Of a DNA stretch of 64,000 nt, positions 17,841 through 30,402 are shown piece by piece. The stretch is from NCBI RefSeq assembly GCF_009914755.1, contig NC_060926.1; one strand, written 5' to 3'. This DNA comes from the human T2T-CHM13v2.0 reference genome, Homo sapiens. A program made the position numbers and the translations under genes. Each line of letters starts with the position of its first letter. The stretch's first letter is position 1. The notes under the pieces are model-generated. The model was not told where the DNA came from, made no database searches, and saw only the letters and a list, made by a program, of their open reading frames with translations.

Positions 17841-18466
17841 ACTCAGCTTCGCATTCCCCACCCTGTACTCGCTCCCTCTGGAATTCTGTTTATGTTGAAT
17901 ATTACATTTCCCTTACCGTTTAAACCAGTGGTGTTGAACTTTTGTTACTTGTAGTCCAAAACATGTATGGAACAAGTAAATATAAAGAAAATAAAAATTA
18001 TTTATTCCAGCAGCCAGAGAGAATTATGATCATCATTTTAGTGTATTACATTTAGTATAGTTTTTTCCTACATATATTTTTAGCAAATGAGAAACCTTTT
18101 AGTGTTTGTGTATGTGTCTACATATATATATGGTTTGTTTGCAGTTTGATTTTTGTTTGTTTTCTTTTGCATTGTTGAACATCCTGTAAAAGATGATTTA
18201 ATGATTTATATTATATTTACATACCATAATTTATATAGCCATGCTGCCATTTCTGACATTCGTTTTTACTGATTTGGAGTTATTATATGCTTGGTGAACC
18301 AGTAAGTACATAAATATTCGTAACTAAAACAAAAAAAAATTATGACCCTCCCTTCACCACCAGCACCCTCTGGTATCCTGTTGCCAGGAGTGTGGATACA
18401 TCTAGAATCTTAGTCCTCTTGAGGACACAATGACAGTATGTATTGCACACATTCAGAATACCAGGA

Positions 18467-18741
18467 CTTTTTTGGTTTTGTTTTAAGACAGCATCTCGCT
18501 CTGTCACCCCGGCTGGAGTATAGCGGCACAATCACAGCTCACTGCAGCTTGACCTCCTGGGCTCAAACCATCCTCCCACCTCAGCCTCCCAAGCAGCTGG
18601 GACCACAGGCATGCGCCACCACATCTGGCTGAATTTTTAATTTTTTGTAGAGATAGGGTCTCACTATGTTGCCTAGTCTTGAACTCCTGAGTTCAAGCAA
18701 TCCTCCTACCTCAGCCTTCCAAAGTGCTGGGATTACAGGTG
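18467..18741 (-). mobile_element. AluJ
   Basis: Diverged reverse Alu. Confidence 0.88.
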
Positions 18742-18802
18742 TGAGCCACTATGCCCAGCCCAGCCACTAGTACTTTTGGAGCCAGTAATTCCACTGCTAG
18801 GA

Positions 18803-19118
18803 TTTTTTTTTTTAACAGTCTTGCTCTGTCGCCCAGGCTGGAGTGCAATGGTACGATCTCAGCTTCTTGCAACCTCGGTCTCCTGGGTTCAAGCGATTCT
18901 CCTTTCTCCTGTCTCAGCCTCCCAAGTAGCTGGGATTACAGGCGCCTGCCACCACGCCCAGCTAATTTTATTTTATTTTATTTTTTTATTTATTTATTTT
19001 TTAGTAGAGACGGGTTTTCACCATGTTGGCCAGGCTGATCTGGGACTCCTGACCTCAAGTGATCCGCCCGCCTTGGCTTCCCAAAGTGCTGGGATTACAG
19101 GCGTGAGCCACCGCACCC
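18803..19118 (-). mobile_element. AluS
   Basis: Reverse Alu; TSD CCACTGCTAGGATTTT. Confidence 0.9.
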
Positions 19119-19160
19119 ACTGCTAGGATTTTATACTGAGAAATAATCAGATGTTCACAG

Positions 19161-19199
<39 letters not shown>

Positions 19200-19270
19200 G
19201 ATAGGTAGGTAGATAGATGGATAGAAGATAGGTAGGTAGGTAGGTAGACATAGATATAGATAAATAGATA
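19161..19270. repeat. (GATA)n/(GGTA)n compound STR
   Basis: Direct inspection. Confidence 0.93.
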
Positions 19271-19336
19271 ACCATATATACACACAAAAGGTTATTTGTT
19301 GCAATATTATTCATAAAATTAGAAATTACATTCCCA

Positions 19337-19488
19337 GGCCGGGCGCGGGGGCTCACACCAGCCTGGGCCAAGATGGTGAATCCCCGTCTCTACTAAAAAT
19401 ACAAAAATTTGGCCGGGCGCCATGGCTCACGCCTGTAATCCCAGCACTTTGGGAGGCCAAGATGGGCAGATCACAAGGTCAAGAGACC
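19337..19488 (+). mobile_element. Two Alu left-arm fragments, the second cut at the duplication junction
   Basis: GGCCGGGCGC starts at 19337 and 19411; ends abruptly at GGTCAAGAGACC with no tail. Confidence 0.85.
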
Positions 19489-20061
19489 TTTAAATTTAAC
19501 TCCTCTTGTCAATGATGATCTCAATGGGCATGCAATCCATTCCAGCCATGGGATCTAAGATTTTCCAACTTTTATGAAGGGCTTGAGAAACTCTGTACTT
19601 TCTTTTCCCCTTTTGGGCTTTGACTGTTGCTTGAGATGCTATGCTTGGAGGTCCTGCAGCCATCCTATTTGCACAAAGTGACAATTCTTTTTTTTTGAGA
19701 CAGAGTCTCGCTCTGTCAGCCAGGCTGGAGTGCAGTGGCACGATCTCGGCTCACTGCAAGCTCCATCTCCCAGTTCACGCCATTCTCCTGCCTCAGCTTC
19801 CCGAGTAGTTGGGACTACAGGCGCCTACCACCACGCCCGGCTATTTTTTTGTATTTTTAGTAGAGACGGGGTTTCACTGTGTTAGGATGGTCTCGATCTC
19901 CTGACCTCGTGATCCGCCTGTCTCGGCCTCCCAAAGTGCTGGGATTACAGGTGTGAGCCACTGCACCCGGCCACAAAGTGACAATTCTAAGAACAAAAGC
20001 AAAACCACACCAGGAAGGCCAGGGAATCCCAGCAGAGAGAACCTGGATCTGCAGCAAAGTC
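19489..20061 (+). repeat. Direct duplication copy 2 (contains reverse AluY 19688-19972)
   Basis: Same unique flanks, same Alu TSD ACAAAGTGACAATTCT and same private Alu mutations as copy 1. Confidence 0.95.
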
Positions 20062-20458
20062 CCCTGCTTCAGGGCATGGCATGAGTGCCCGCAAACAGCC
20101 AAGCCAGAGTCCAGCAGGTTTGCACACTCCTCCCACCCCGTCCTGCCCACCACTGGCCTTCACGGCTCAGGGAGTTCCTCCTAACAGTGTTCCCTGCCAC
20201 CGGCCACCTTCCACGACTGTGGATGGAATGATGTTTCTAGCAGGGAATGTCATTCCTTTGGTTCTCCATTACTTGGGGATCAAGTTTAAATCCAGGCCTT
20301 ACAGACTGCTTCTCAATTGACACCCCTGCCACAAGCATCAGAGCCCCCCAGGACACCCTGCCCCCTCCACACTACTGTCGCACAGGTCTTTTCAGGAGAG
20401 GGAGGTAGGGGACATCCATATTTTGTGATGTTTTAAATCTTTCTGTAACAATGCAGCA

Positions 20459-20464
20459 TATATG

Positions 20465-20508
<44 letters not shown>

Positions 20509-20524
20509 ATATATAGATATATAG
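20459..20524. repeat. (TA)n(CA)n microsatellite
   Basis: About 18 CA units. Confidence 0.95.
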
Positions 20525-20638
20525 ATTTTTTTCCCCTCTTCACCTTGCTCATGGTGTTACTTCTGCTGGAAAACCTTCCCTCTTCTGGCACCTGGCAGAA
20601 CTGAGTTCAAAACTCAGAAAAGAGTTCAAAACTGAGTT

Positions 20639-20778
20639 GGCTAGGAGTGTGGTGGCTCACGCCTGTAATCCTAGGACTTTGGGAGGCCAAGGTGGTAGGA
20701 TCACTTGAGCTCAGTTCAAAACCAGCCAAGTCAACACAGACCTCATCTCCATTTAAAAAAAAAAAAAAAAAAAAAAAG
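20639..20778 (+). mobile_element. Alu left monomer (FLAM-like)
   Basis: Monomer with A tail. Confidence 0.85.
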
Positions 20779-20846
20779 ACTGATTGCGCACCTCGGGAAG
20801 ACTTTCCTGCCCCCCTCAGGCTGGTTACATGTCTCCTTATCTTTGA

Positions 20847-21172
<326 letters not shown>

Positions 21173-21547
21173 AGACATATGAAATTGACATTCAAAAACA
21201 ACCATTTGCAGGGTCCAGCCCTAGGCAGGCATGAGCTTGTCGTGTGTTCCCCACTGAGCCCTTGTTGGATTAGGTGGCCCATATCTCCTTGTTGAAGGGG
21301 GAGCGAGGGCTCCGTTGCCTTACAGATAACTGGAGGGCCTTCCTCGGGGATCTGTGGTCAAGGTTGACCCAATGAGGCTGTCCCAGCCAGCTGGCCCTTG
21401 CAACTGGCTGGATCTGGTGCAATGAAGCTCTCAGCACTTGTCTGCTGGGCGAAGGTGTCTCCCCCAGCTTGGGTGCCAACATTAGGCACTGCAAAGGAGC
21501 TGTTCTGCACACATCCTTTAGGTAGTGTTACAAGAAAGTAAGTTCTA

Positions 21548-21848
21548 GGCCAGTCACAGTGGCTCACACCTGTAATCCCAGCACTTTGGGAGGCCAAGGT
21601 GAGAGGATTGCTTGAGCCCAGGAGTTCGAGACCAGTCCTAGCAACATGGAGAGACCTTGTCTCTACAAAAAATAAAAAAATCAGTTGAGTGTGGAGGCGC
21701 CCATCTGTAGTCCCAGCTACTCCAGAGGCTGAGATGGGAGGATCACTTGAGCCTGGGAGGTCAAGGCTACAAGTGAGCTGTGGTTGCACCATGGCACTCC
21801 AGCCTGGGCGACAGAGTGAGACCCTGTCTCTAAGAAAAAAAGAAGAAA
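21548..21848 (+). mobile_element. AluJ
   Basis: Dimeric Alu, J-type features. Confidence 0.9.
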
Positions 21849-22288
21849 GTTCTGCAGTCTCGTTCTTGGCCAACACTTGCCACGGCTGACATGACATGTT
21901 ATGTCTTCTCTGGTTGGATTCATCCCTTCATTCATCTGCTTCATCCTTGGAGAAACCAGCAGATCCGTGCCTTACGTTGTTTGCTTGAAATGTCATGGTC
22001 CCATGTCACCCAGGGTCGTAACACGTAATTGTGTGTTAGGAATACACCACGCCATGTATCACTGTGAATACAGAAGGGGGCTAACAGGAACAAGGGGAGG
22101 CTACTGCCTCACAGGGTCAGCCTCCTGGCTCCTGCCAAGACCCTTTAGAAGGTCTGATATGCTAATGATGGTTTAACAAGACTTTGAGGCACCGCCCCCT
22201 CCTGTATTTGTGATGCTGCAGTCGGCAGTCGGCAGTCCGAATCTCCTGGCTGGCTGTACTCACTGCCGTTTTTCATGTTTTTCTCCAG

Positions 22289-22425
22289 GGTGGAAGACCA
22301 ACACACACCTCCCCAGACAGCCCAGCACGCCAGAAACGGCCACCCGCAGGCCCTGCCAGCCGCTCACGAGGCTGTCTACAGGGAGGGCAAGCCCAGCACC
22401 CCGGAGTCCTGCGTCTCCTCTTCAT
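22289..22425 (+). CDS. ARMC9: ARMC9 long-isoform exon (VEDQHTPPQTAQHARNGHPQALPAAHEAVYREGKPSTPESCVSSS)
   Basis: TTTTTTCTCCAG acceptor, GTAAGA donor at 22426; phase 2 in, phase 1 out, consistent with neighbouring exons. Confidence 0.9.
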
Positions 22426-24050
22426 GTAAGAATGTGGGCAGCACACTGGGTCAGTTCTGGGATTGTGATGTCTAGAACCTACGCAAAACAGCAGCAGGAG
22501 TGGCAGACGCACGTCTGCTCCTGGGAAGCCCTCTGGTCTCAGCAACAGCCCCGTGTCACAGAGGCTCACGGGATTCCCAGCCCACAGCCAGACCCATGCT
22601 GGGCTGGTCCTCTGCGTCCCCTTCTCAGAGCACTGCCTGTTGTCCCGTCTGGGAGCTCCTGGGGCAAGATTTCTGACTGGTGAAAGCCGGCTTTAATGTG
22701 AAATTTCGGAGGAGGAATGCCGGGCTGATGTTGATCTGTGACCCTGATTCTGATAGCTCAGATTCTGGTGCAGAGAAGGCCAGCCGCCTGCTGGAAGGCT
22801 GGACGGAGGCAGAAATGTGCAACTAAGAGCACAAACAACTCTGGGATCCAAACGCCTTTGAAACTTCCAGCTGAGTTAACCAGAGGCTGATGGGAGATAA
22901 AAGTATTTTTTAGATGCCAGAAAAAATATATATACTTTGAATCAGAAATGTACAAAGTATTTTTTTTAATTTTTGAAAGGAAATTAAAAGGATTATGAGC
23001 AGTTCAGATAAGACTCTAATTTCCATTTGAGTAGGAAAAACAACAGAGGAACGGGTTGGATTCCTGTCTGAGAAACATCTGAGAACTTGCATCTGCTCAC
23101 AATTGGATTCAGACGCTTCCAGGCCCAGGTGCAGAGCGGTAGCTAGTGACGAGTCAGCACTGGCTGGGTTATTTGCAACTCCTGGGTCTCTTGGTGATGA
23201 GCAGTTTCAGAGGTTTTGCCAGCGTTGATCATCAGTTATTTTACATGTGCTTTACTAAAGCTGTAAATATTAATATGCTCTCCAAAGGTGAGCAGCTTAG
23301 TAATTTATCCAGAGATTTCTGCTGCCAGGGTGGAGGTCTTAGGGGGCGTCTGAAAAGTTTTGCCAATTTGACTGAATGCCATTGAGTTAAAACATTTCAA
23401 GTTCTTAGGCCTGGACTTCCTGAAAGGCTCCACAGTACATTCAGGGTAACGTAGCGGTAACATCCTTGCTTTACCAAAATGACCACTGAGAGGCCCTTTA
23501 TTTTTGCACTGATTGGACGTGCCTTTGGGAAGCTGTCATGCTGTTACCTGCAGGGCGGAGGCACTTGAGGTTGGCATGGATGGAAATGGCCAAGGAGCAG
23601 CTGCTGCAATGTTGATGTTATTGTTGTTTTCAAGAACAGTTTACTTTAGCCCTGACAAAGTCTGGGCCCAGGCACATTCCGGGTTCTTGCATGAACAGGG
23701 TGGGCACCCACCAGGACACTCAGCCTTGGTGGTCACGGGCGGTTGCCAGTGCTTCTTCCTAGGGAGGCAGCAGCTGCCCACCAGCCCCCAGATGGACCGG
23801 CTGGAGGCAGAGCAGTGCTTTTCCCAAATCCCGCTGTCAGTGCCCCCATTAACCTGCCCCAAATGCTGAGACCGTGTTCTGAGTGTCCCTTCCTTAAGCC
23901 TGCTCCTATTGGCTCAGCCTGGCTGGGACCCAGGACACGGACCCACGCAGCCCTGCCCTTCTCCACCTGCCAGAGACCAGGAATAGTCACTGCCCTCCCT
24001 GGCCCTGCCAGGCCCGCTCTGAGCCTCAGGCCAACACCCCTAGTCCTCCT

Positions 24051-24361
24051 TTTATTTTATTTTATTTTACTTTATTTTATTTTATTTTGAGACAAGGTCT
24101 CACTCTGTCCCCCAGGCTGGAGTGCAGTGGCCAGTCATAGCTCACTGCAGCCTCACATTCCTAAGCGATCCTCCCGCATCAGCTTCCTGAGTAGCTGGCA
24201 CTACAGATGCACCACCATACCAGGCAAAGTGGTTTTCTATTTTTTGTAAAGACGAAGTTTGCTGTTGCCTAGGCTGGTCTTGAACTCCTAGTCTCAAGTA
24301 ATCCTCCTGCCTGAGCCTCCCAAAGCACTGGGATTACAGGCGTGAGCCATCATGCCTGGCC
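24051..24361 (-). mobile_element. AluJ with (TTTTA)n tail
   Basis: Diverged reverse Alu. Confidence 0.88.
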
Positions 24362-24841
24362 CTCTTAGTCTCCTTTAAAATCCTTTTACTTGACAAAAAG
24401 TTCTTCCTTTGGAAAAACCAAGCCCCAGGTGCAGTTTCCTCTGGGTCATGAGTAAGCCTTTGCCACGCTTGGAGTAGATTCCATTCTGACCTTCTTTCAG
24501 ACAGGCCTGCCCACGGCCTGTTGCGTCTCCCCAGTTGGCCTCCCTGCCCCTCTCCCTGTCCTGTCACCTGCCTCTGCCTAAGGGATGGATGGCAAACAGC
24601 CCTCTGCTTCTGTGCTCCATCTGGGCTTTGCAGATAGGGGGACTGCGGTTAAGTCCATTAAGCCAGGGTATGAATGAGGGGGAGGGGGATGAGCAGCAGG
24701 GACAGCAGGGAGTGGGCAGTGCTGGGCTGGGCATGGGCACCCCTGAGCCATGTTGCCTTCTGCTTCATTCCTTCCCTGCTCAGGAGCTTGCTCTGACTTC
24801 CTCCAGACAGTCCTGCTTCTCCATCCCTCCCCTCCACTTCA

Positions 24842-24842
<1 letters not shown>

Positions 24843-24874
<32 letters not shown>

Positions 24875-24975
24875 AGAGAGAGGTGTCTCTCTGTGCTGCC
24901 CAGGCTGGTCTTGAACCCTTGGGCTCAAGCGATCCTCCCGCCTCGGCCTCCCAAAGTGCTGGGATTACAGGCATG
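24843..24975 (-). mobile_element. FLAM-like monomer with (GATT)n tail
   Basis: Reverse left arm; flanking CCCTCCACTTC repeats. Confidence 0.85.
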
Positions 24976-25573
24976 GGGCCCCCTCCACTTCCCTTCTCTC
25001 ACTCACCTTGCCCCAGGCCCATCCTGGCCCCAGGCAGCGCTCCCCACAGGTCTCCTTGCACACAGCTCGCTGCTGAGTCTGGCCTGTGCTGGGAACTAAC
25101 GCCCCACCCAGAGACCCCGTGGAAACCCCCACCTTCACGCTGAGTTTCTTGAGGAAGAGCCTTTGCGCTTTGCGTTCAGTCAGCACCGCAGGGAAAACTC
25201 ATGAGGAGGAACCTGTTGGACCCTCAAACTGCTTGATCGGTTGAGTGCAGGCCCAGAAAGTACATTCTAGGCAAAAGACAGCCCCAAATGCCAACAGGAA
25301 ATAGTTCCCAAGGGAAAAGGCCAATAATATGGCTTAGCATTTTGCAGAACGTTGGCCTAAGGAAAGCTATTCTCATTTCCCCACCAACCAGGACTATCTT
25401 CAATATCAAAATCACATGCCTTGGGACTTCATAGCCCTGGGAGTTAAAATGCCCAGCCCTGTCTGAAATGGACCAGCAGGCAAGAGATACTACTGTCCCA
25501 GGAAGACCCCGGTGCACACCCATGGCTGCCCCATCTCCTAGCTCCTGGCTGTCTTAGTTAGGGGGGTCTCCTG

Positions 25574-25879
25574 TTTTTTTTTTTTTTTTTTTTTGAGATG
25601 GAGTCTCGCTCTCTCACCCAGGCTGGAGTGCAGTGGTGCGATCTTGGCTCACTGCAAACTCCGCCTCCCGGGGTTCAAGTGATTCCCCTGCCTCAGCCTC
25701 CTGAGTAGCTGGGATTACAGGCATGTGTTACCATACCCGGCTAATTTTTGTATTTTTAGTAGAGACAGGGTTTTACCATGTTGGCCAGGCTGGTCTCAAA
25801 CTCCTGGCCTCAAGTGATCTGCCTGCCCCAGCCTCCCAAAGTGGTGGGATTACAGGCGTGAGCCACCGTGCTCAGCTGG
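25574..25879 (-). mobile_element. AluS
   Basis: Full reverse Alu. Confidence 0.92.
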
Positions 25880-27244
25880 TCTCTTGTTCTTGGTGGGACC
25901 TCTGAAAGTCTTCAGTGTGGCCTGTGCTGGAGGAAGTAGGAGAGGAGAAGGGGACAGTTGAACCAAGACCACCTCATGGTCTTGGGACACTCCAGCTCAG
26001 TTCCTCCTTTTTTATGACCACCCCGTCCCCTACGCTCACACCCCCTGGGAAGCTCCTGGTCCTGGTCCTAGAGGACTTGCCTGGCGTGGGCACAGCTTTG
26101 TGACTCCACACGTTGTAATGGGGTTCCCCTGCGTGTAGCCCAGCAATTCGGTGTGACTTCACTCAAGTATTCTCTTGTACACCTACGCTTTTTCTCCTGG
26201 CCTTATTCTAAGCACACTGAGCATGTGCCTCCTGTCCTGAAGCTCTATTTCTAGACCCAGATCCAGGTGGAGACCGCCCAGTGCCACCCGCTGGGTTCTG
26301 GTATCAGAAATAGATTCTCGTTTGGGTCAAAAGAGAATTATCTGGAAGTCAAAGCCCCTTGCTACAGGGAAACCTGCAGGGAAGATCCCTTTATATTTAA
26401 GATTAAACAGATCACATTGCAAAGCCACAGAGGAGCTGCTAAAATGAAAGAGCTGAGAGGAGCTTGGCCTAAGGGAGTCACGGATGCAGCCTCTGTCACA
26501 GTGTCGCTGCAGCAGTGACATGGACCCCTTCAGCTGTAGGAGAAGAGGAGAGGCGGGGTGGGGGAAGGGGTGCGTGGCATCTGAGATGCAGGAACATCTG
26601 TTCCCAGGCCCTTGGGGAGCCCTCCGTATGCTATGATGCTATCTGGGATTCTCCGTCTGCTTCCCCGTGAAGGGCTCCTGCGTGTCCCGGGTGGCCTGGT
26701 TCTGGGTGGGCATCAGCTACAGCACAAGTCACTGGGAGTTAGGGCACTTCCTGGCCACCCTGGGTGTACCGAGTGGTTCAGCATTAAGGAGCCTTGGGCT
26801 GCTCGGTGAGGAGCACCCTACCTCTCAGGTTGTTGGTTTTAGCAAATAAAACTACACACCACCCAGTTACATTTGAGTTTCAGATAAGCAAATGGGCCTC
26901 CACATTCTGTCTGGGGGCGCCTAGCCATGGCCCAGGGAGACAATTTGTTGTTCTGAGGGCTTTCCAGAGGCTGAGGGGTGCCAGGAAGGCTGAGCGGCCA
27001 GGGTGATCTGAACCTCCCTGGGCTGTGCCTGTCACCACCAGCAGTGTGCCTGCCATCCCCCGCTACCTGGCAAGTTCCCGGGCTGCACGAGTAAACAAGT
27101 ATCCCAAGCCACAGGCGCCAGGGAGCCCGCAGGGCCTGGCCTGGGGTGCGTGCTTTTCTTGGCTTTCCAACCCAGCCCACGAGAGGGCATCCTTAGAGGG
27201 GCTCCAGAGCAGATGTGGACTGAACTTTCTCTCCTCCTCCCCAG

Positions 27245-27374
27245 CAGCCATCATCGCCAAGCCAGGAGAGTGGCTCCCAAGAGGACGCCAGGAAGAGCCT
27301 CGCCCAGCCCCCACGGGGACCCCCCGCCAGCCAAGGGAGGCGCCCCAGGACCCAGGCAATGGAGTGACCACCAG
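27245..27374 (+). CDS. ARMC9: ARMC9 long-isoform exon (SAIIAKPGEWLPRGRQEEPRPAPTGTPRQPREAPQDPGNGVTTR)
   Basis: Pyrimidine tract + CAGCAG acceptor, AG|GTAAGG donor at 27375; frame continuous. Confidence 0.9.
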
Positions 27375-27808
27375 GTAAGGGGGATATCACAAGGCCTCGA
27401 ACCTGACTCTCGGAGCTCTGGGAGTGGGCGCCCCACGCCGGATGCAGAGCACCCAGGAGACCTGGAAGGCTCCTCTGAGGCCCAGCCTCTGACAGGGGAG
27501 GCTAAGGAGCAGTGTCAAGATTCCCAGCGGAGTGCAGCCGCCACTCCTGACCACCTCGGAGGGCTGTGCTGCCTGAGAGCCATCAGTCAGACGGGAAGGA
27601 CACAGCACTCAGAAGCATGCCCATGGGACTAGTTTTCAAAACTGCCAGGCGGACTTGTCCAGGGCTGGGTGATGGGGTGACTTAGGGACAGTGTCCTGTC
27701 AGCTTTTTGCATTTGGAGGAAGTGGGCTGTAGGGCAGAAAGATGGAGAAGGAGGTGAGTAAATGGTTTGGCTCAGAGGTCACTTCCTGAAACAGAAACTG
27801 GGCCTCCA

Positions 27809-27976
27809 GGCTGGGGCGTGGTGGCGCACGCCTGTAATCCCAACACTTTGGGAGGCTGAGGCAGGAGGATTGCTTGAGCCCAGGAGTTTGAAACTAGCCT
27901 GGGCAACATAGTGAGACCCTGTCTCAAAAAAAAAAAAAAAATCAAAAAACTAAAAAAAAAAAAAGAAAAGAAAAAA
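27809..27976 (+). mobile_element. FLAM-like monomer with long A tail
   Basis: Left-arm monomer. Confidence 0.85.
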
Positions 27977-29198
27977 CTGGACCCCCGAGCAGAAGAAAAA
28001 AAAAAATAGTGTCCTCTCTTCCACTGTGCCACGTGAGCACAGACTGGCCCTGTGGGTTATTAGGGGTTCTTTAGGGTCTAGAAAGGACCTTTCCAATCTC
28101 GCCAGCTCTTTCTTTTGGATCTGGAGAAACCTGCTCAGGGAGAGGGGCCTGGCCTGGGTCTCAGACCCTGCCTGTCCCTGACCACCAGGCATGCCAGCTG
28201 CCCCTCACCACTTCCTCCTGGCCATGAAGGAAGCCAACCTCCTGCGGTAAAATATGGGGCTGGAGCAGGCTCAGCTTAGTTCTGGGGGCCCCCGGAGAGG
28301 ACAGGCAGGAAGACTGAGCAGAACCTGCACCCACTGGTGGAGAAAATCGGAGAGAGAAAGAGGCAGGAAGAGAAATCAATGGGGAGTGGCAGACAGGAGG
28401 AGGATGTAAGAGAAAGGGGGCGCAGACAAGTGTGCTGAGCTTCCTTGGGTGGGATGGGCTAGAAGCCGAAATCGGAACTGTGGGAAGGATGGGAAGGACT
28501 TCAAGACCTGGGCTAGGGAAGGGTGGGGGCAGTCCCAGCTATCTTTAAGAAGCACGGGGTCAAAGGTGGCTGCATTACTGGGGGAGGGGCCAAGCCTCTG
28601 GACTCCTCCAGTTCCACTGCCAACCTGCCTGGGGACCCAGGGACCTACCTCCCCTACCTGGGCCTCCTCCCCTCTTTCTGTGGCTGAAGAGGAGCTTGTC
28701 AGCTAGACCAGGGGTTCTCAGGCTCTCAGCATCCCCCTGAAATGGGGACTCAAAATGAGAGACCTCTGAGGAGTGGGCTAGAGCTATCTCATGCCCCCAG
28801 TCCAGACTGGATCCTCCCCTGCGGTTCAGCCAGGCCAAACCTACGCTTCCGGTATAGGCCACTTCTTTTTACTTCCTGCAAATGCTGAGTTCATTTCTGA
28901 GGCTCTCCACTGGGGACAGCCCTCTCTCCCCAGAAATAACTGTTTTCACAGTAGGTAGGCAGCCGACCCTGAGGGACCTCATTACATCAAGCAGCGTTGC
29001 CTAGCTGGCCCCCCAAGATTCTACTGAGCACAAAGACCCCTCAGGGTCCAACCCAGAGGTGCCCTCCCCTTGGTGTCAGTCACTGAAGCCAGCTCTTATT
29101 TTAAGCCTGGGAGTTCAGTGTGAGGAAGAAGAGGATGGAAGGAGGGAGAAGTACAAGTTGTTCCATCTTCCTCTTCCTCCCTCACTGGCAACGTCATC

Positions 29199-29284
29199 TA
29201 GAATATTTCGGCATTCTAGATGAGAGATATATATATACCTCATATGTATATGGTATACCTCATCTAGAATGCTGTAATATTCTA
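29199..29284 (+). ncRNA. MIR4777: microRNA hairpin mir-4777 (5p ~29214-29235, 3p ~29255-29276), intronic in ARMC9
   Basis: Long near-perfect stem (TAGAATATTTCGGCATTCTAGATGAG ... CTCATCTAGAATGCTGTAATATTCTA) matching the recalled hsa-mir-4777 precursor. Confidence 0.85.
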
Positions 29285-29479
29285 AATCACAAGTGGCCAT
29301 CTCTTGTCAGGCTGACTTCAGCCCCAATTCAGGTCTCACTGAAGCATCCCTTCCTCCTGCCTGACCCCAAAGTGCGGGTCACGCCCTTCTGCCAGGCTCA
29401 CAGAAGCCACAGTCCCTCCACGGGGCGGAGACCCCACTGTGTTGTCATGTGGCTGCCTCTCACTGCCTCAGAGACAAGC

Positions 29480-29660
29480 GCAGTGTGCAGGGCACAGAGA
29501 GCGTGCAGGGCCTGCTGGGTATACGGGGAATGCAGGGCTGCAGGGAGTGTGCACAGTGTGCAAGGTATTCAGGAAGTGCAGGGCTGCAGGGAGTGTGCAA
29601 GGAGTGCAGGGAATGCAGGGCATGCAGGAGTGTGCACAGAGTGCCAGGAGTGCAGGGCAT
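29480..29660. repeat. Degenerate (GTGCAGGG)-type tandem repeat
   Basis: Repeated TGCAGGG/GAGTGTGCA units. Confidence 0.75.
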
Positions 29661-29850
29661 CTGTGCTGTGCTTCTGCACCTGGCCTAGGTGGTTAGAGTA
29701 CTTGTTGATGAACAAGTAGGAGAAAGGGAGAAAGAGTGGTTCTCTATGTGGCTTTGGTGGGGAACGTTTGTCCCCTCAACTTCCCCGAGCTCTGTTCTCT
29801 TGCTCTTTCAGGTGAGGTCTCATACCCAGAAGAAGAATTGGTGGATGGGC

Positions 29851-29982
29851 AGGAAGCCCTTGGGGCAGAGGTCTGGGGTCAGTGGTAGACTGAATGATGG
29901 CACTGTTACTTAGCCCAGGAAGCCCTTGGGGCAGAGGTCTGGGTCAGTGGTAGACTGAATGATGGCACTGTTTACTTAGCCC
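29851..29982. repeat. 66-bp tandem duplication (2 copies)
   Basis: AGGAAGCCCTTGGGGCAGAGG...TTACTTAGCCC twice, differing by two 1-nt homopolymer indels. Confidence 0.95.
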
Positions 29983-30095
29983 GGCTTTCAGGTGTTTTAA
30001 GGATAATGGCCACTCAAGCTCTGTGCCAGTGACTTCCAGCAACTGTCTTGCTGTAAAATTACTTTCTCGGAGGCTAGAGAATAAAAGTCTAGACC

Positions 30096-30402
30096 TGCCT
30101 GGCGCAGTGGCTCACGCCTGTAATCCCAGCACTTTGGGAGGCCAAGGCGGGCGGACAACGAGGTCAAGAGATCAAGATCATCCTGGCCAACATGGAGAAA
30201 CCCCGTCTCTACTAAAAATACAAAAATTAGCTGGGCGTGGTGGCACGTGCTTGTAGTCCCAGCTACTTGGGAGGCTGAGGCAGGAGAATCGCTTGAACTG
30301 GGAAGCAGAGGTTGCAGTGAGCCGAGATCGCACCACTGCACTCCAGCCTGGACGACAGAGTAAGACTCCGTCTCAAAAAAAAAAAAAAAAAAAAAAAAAA
30401 AA
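30096..30402 (+). mobile_element. AluS (Sc-like)
   Basis: Dimeric Alu with long A tail. Confidence 0.92.

Noticed and set aside
17445-19972. Two independent AluY insertions
   Set aside because: Shared TSD, unique flanks and private mutations show a single element copied by the duplication
29120-29719. 199-aa Cys-rich ORF
   Set aside because: Runs through the MIR4777 hairpin and a TGCAGGG repeat; the apparent CxxC motifs come from the repeat
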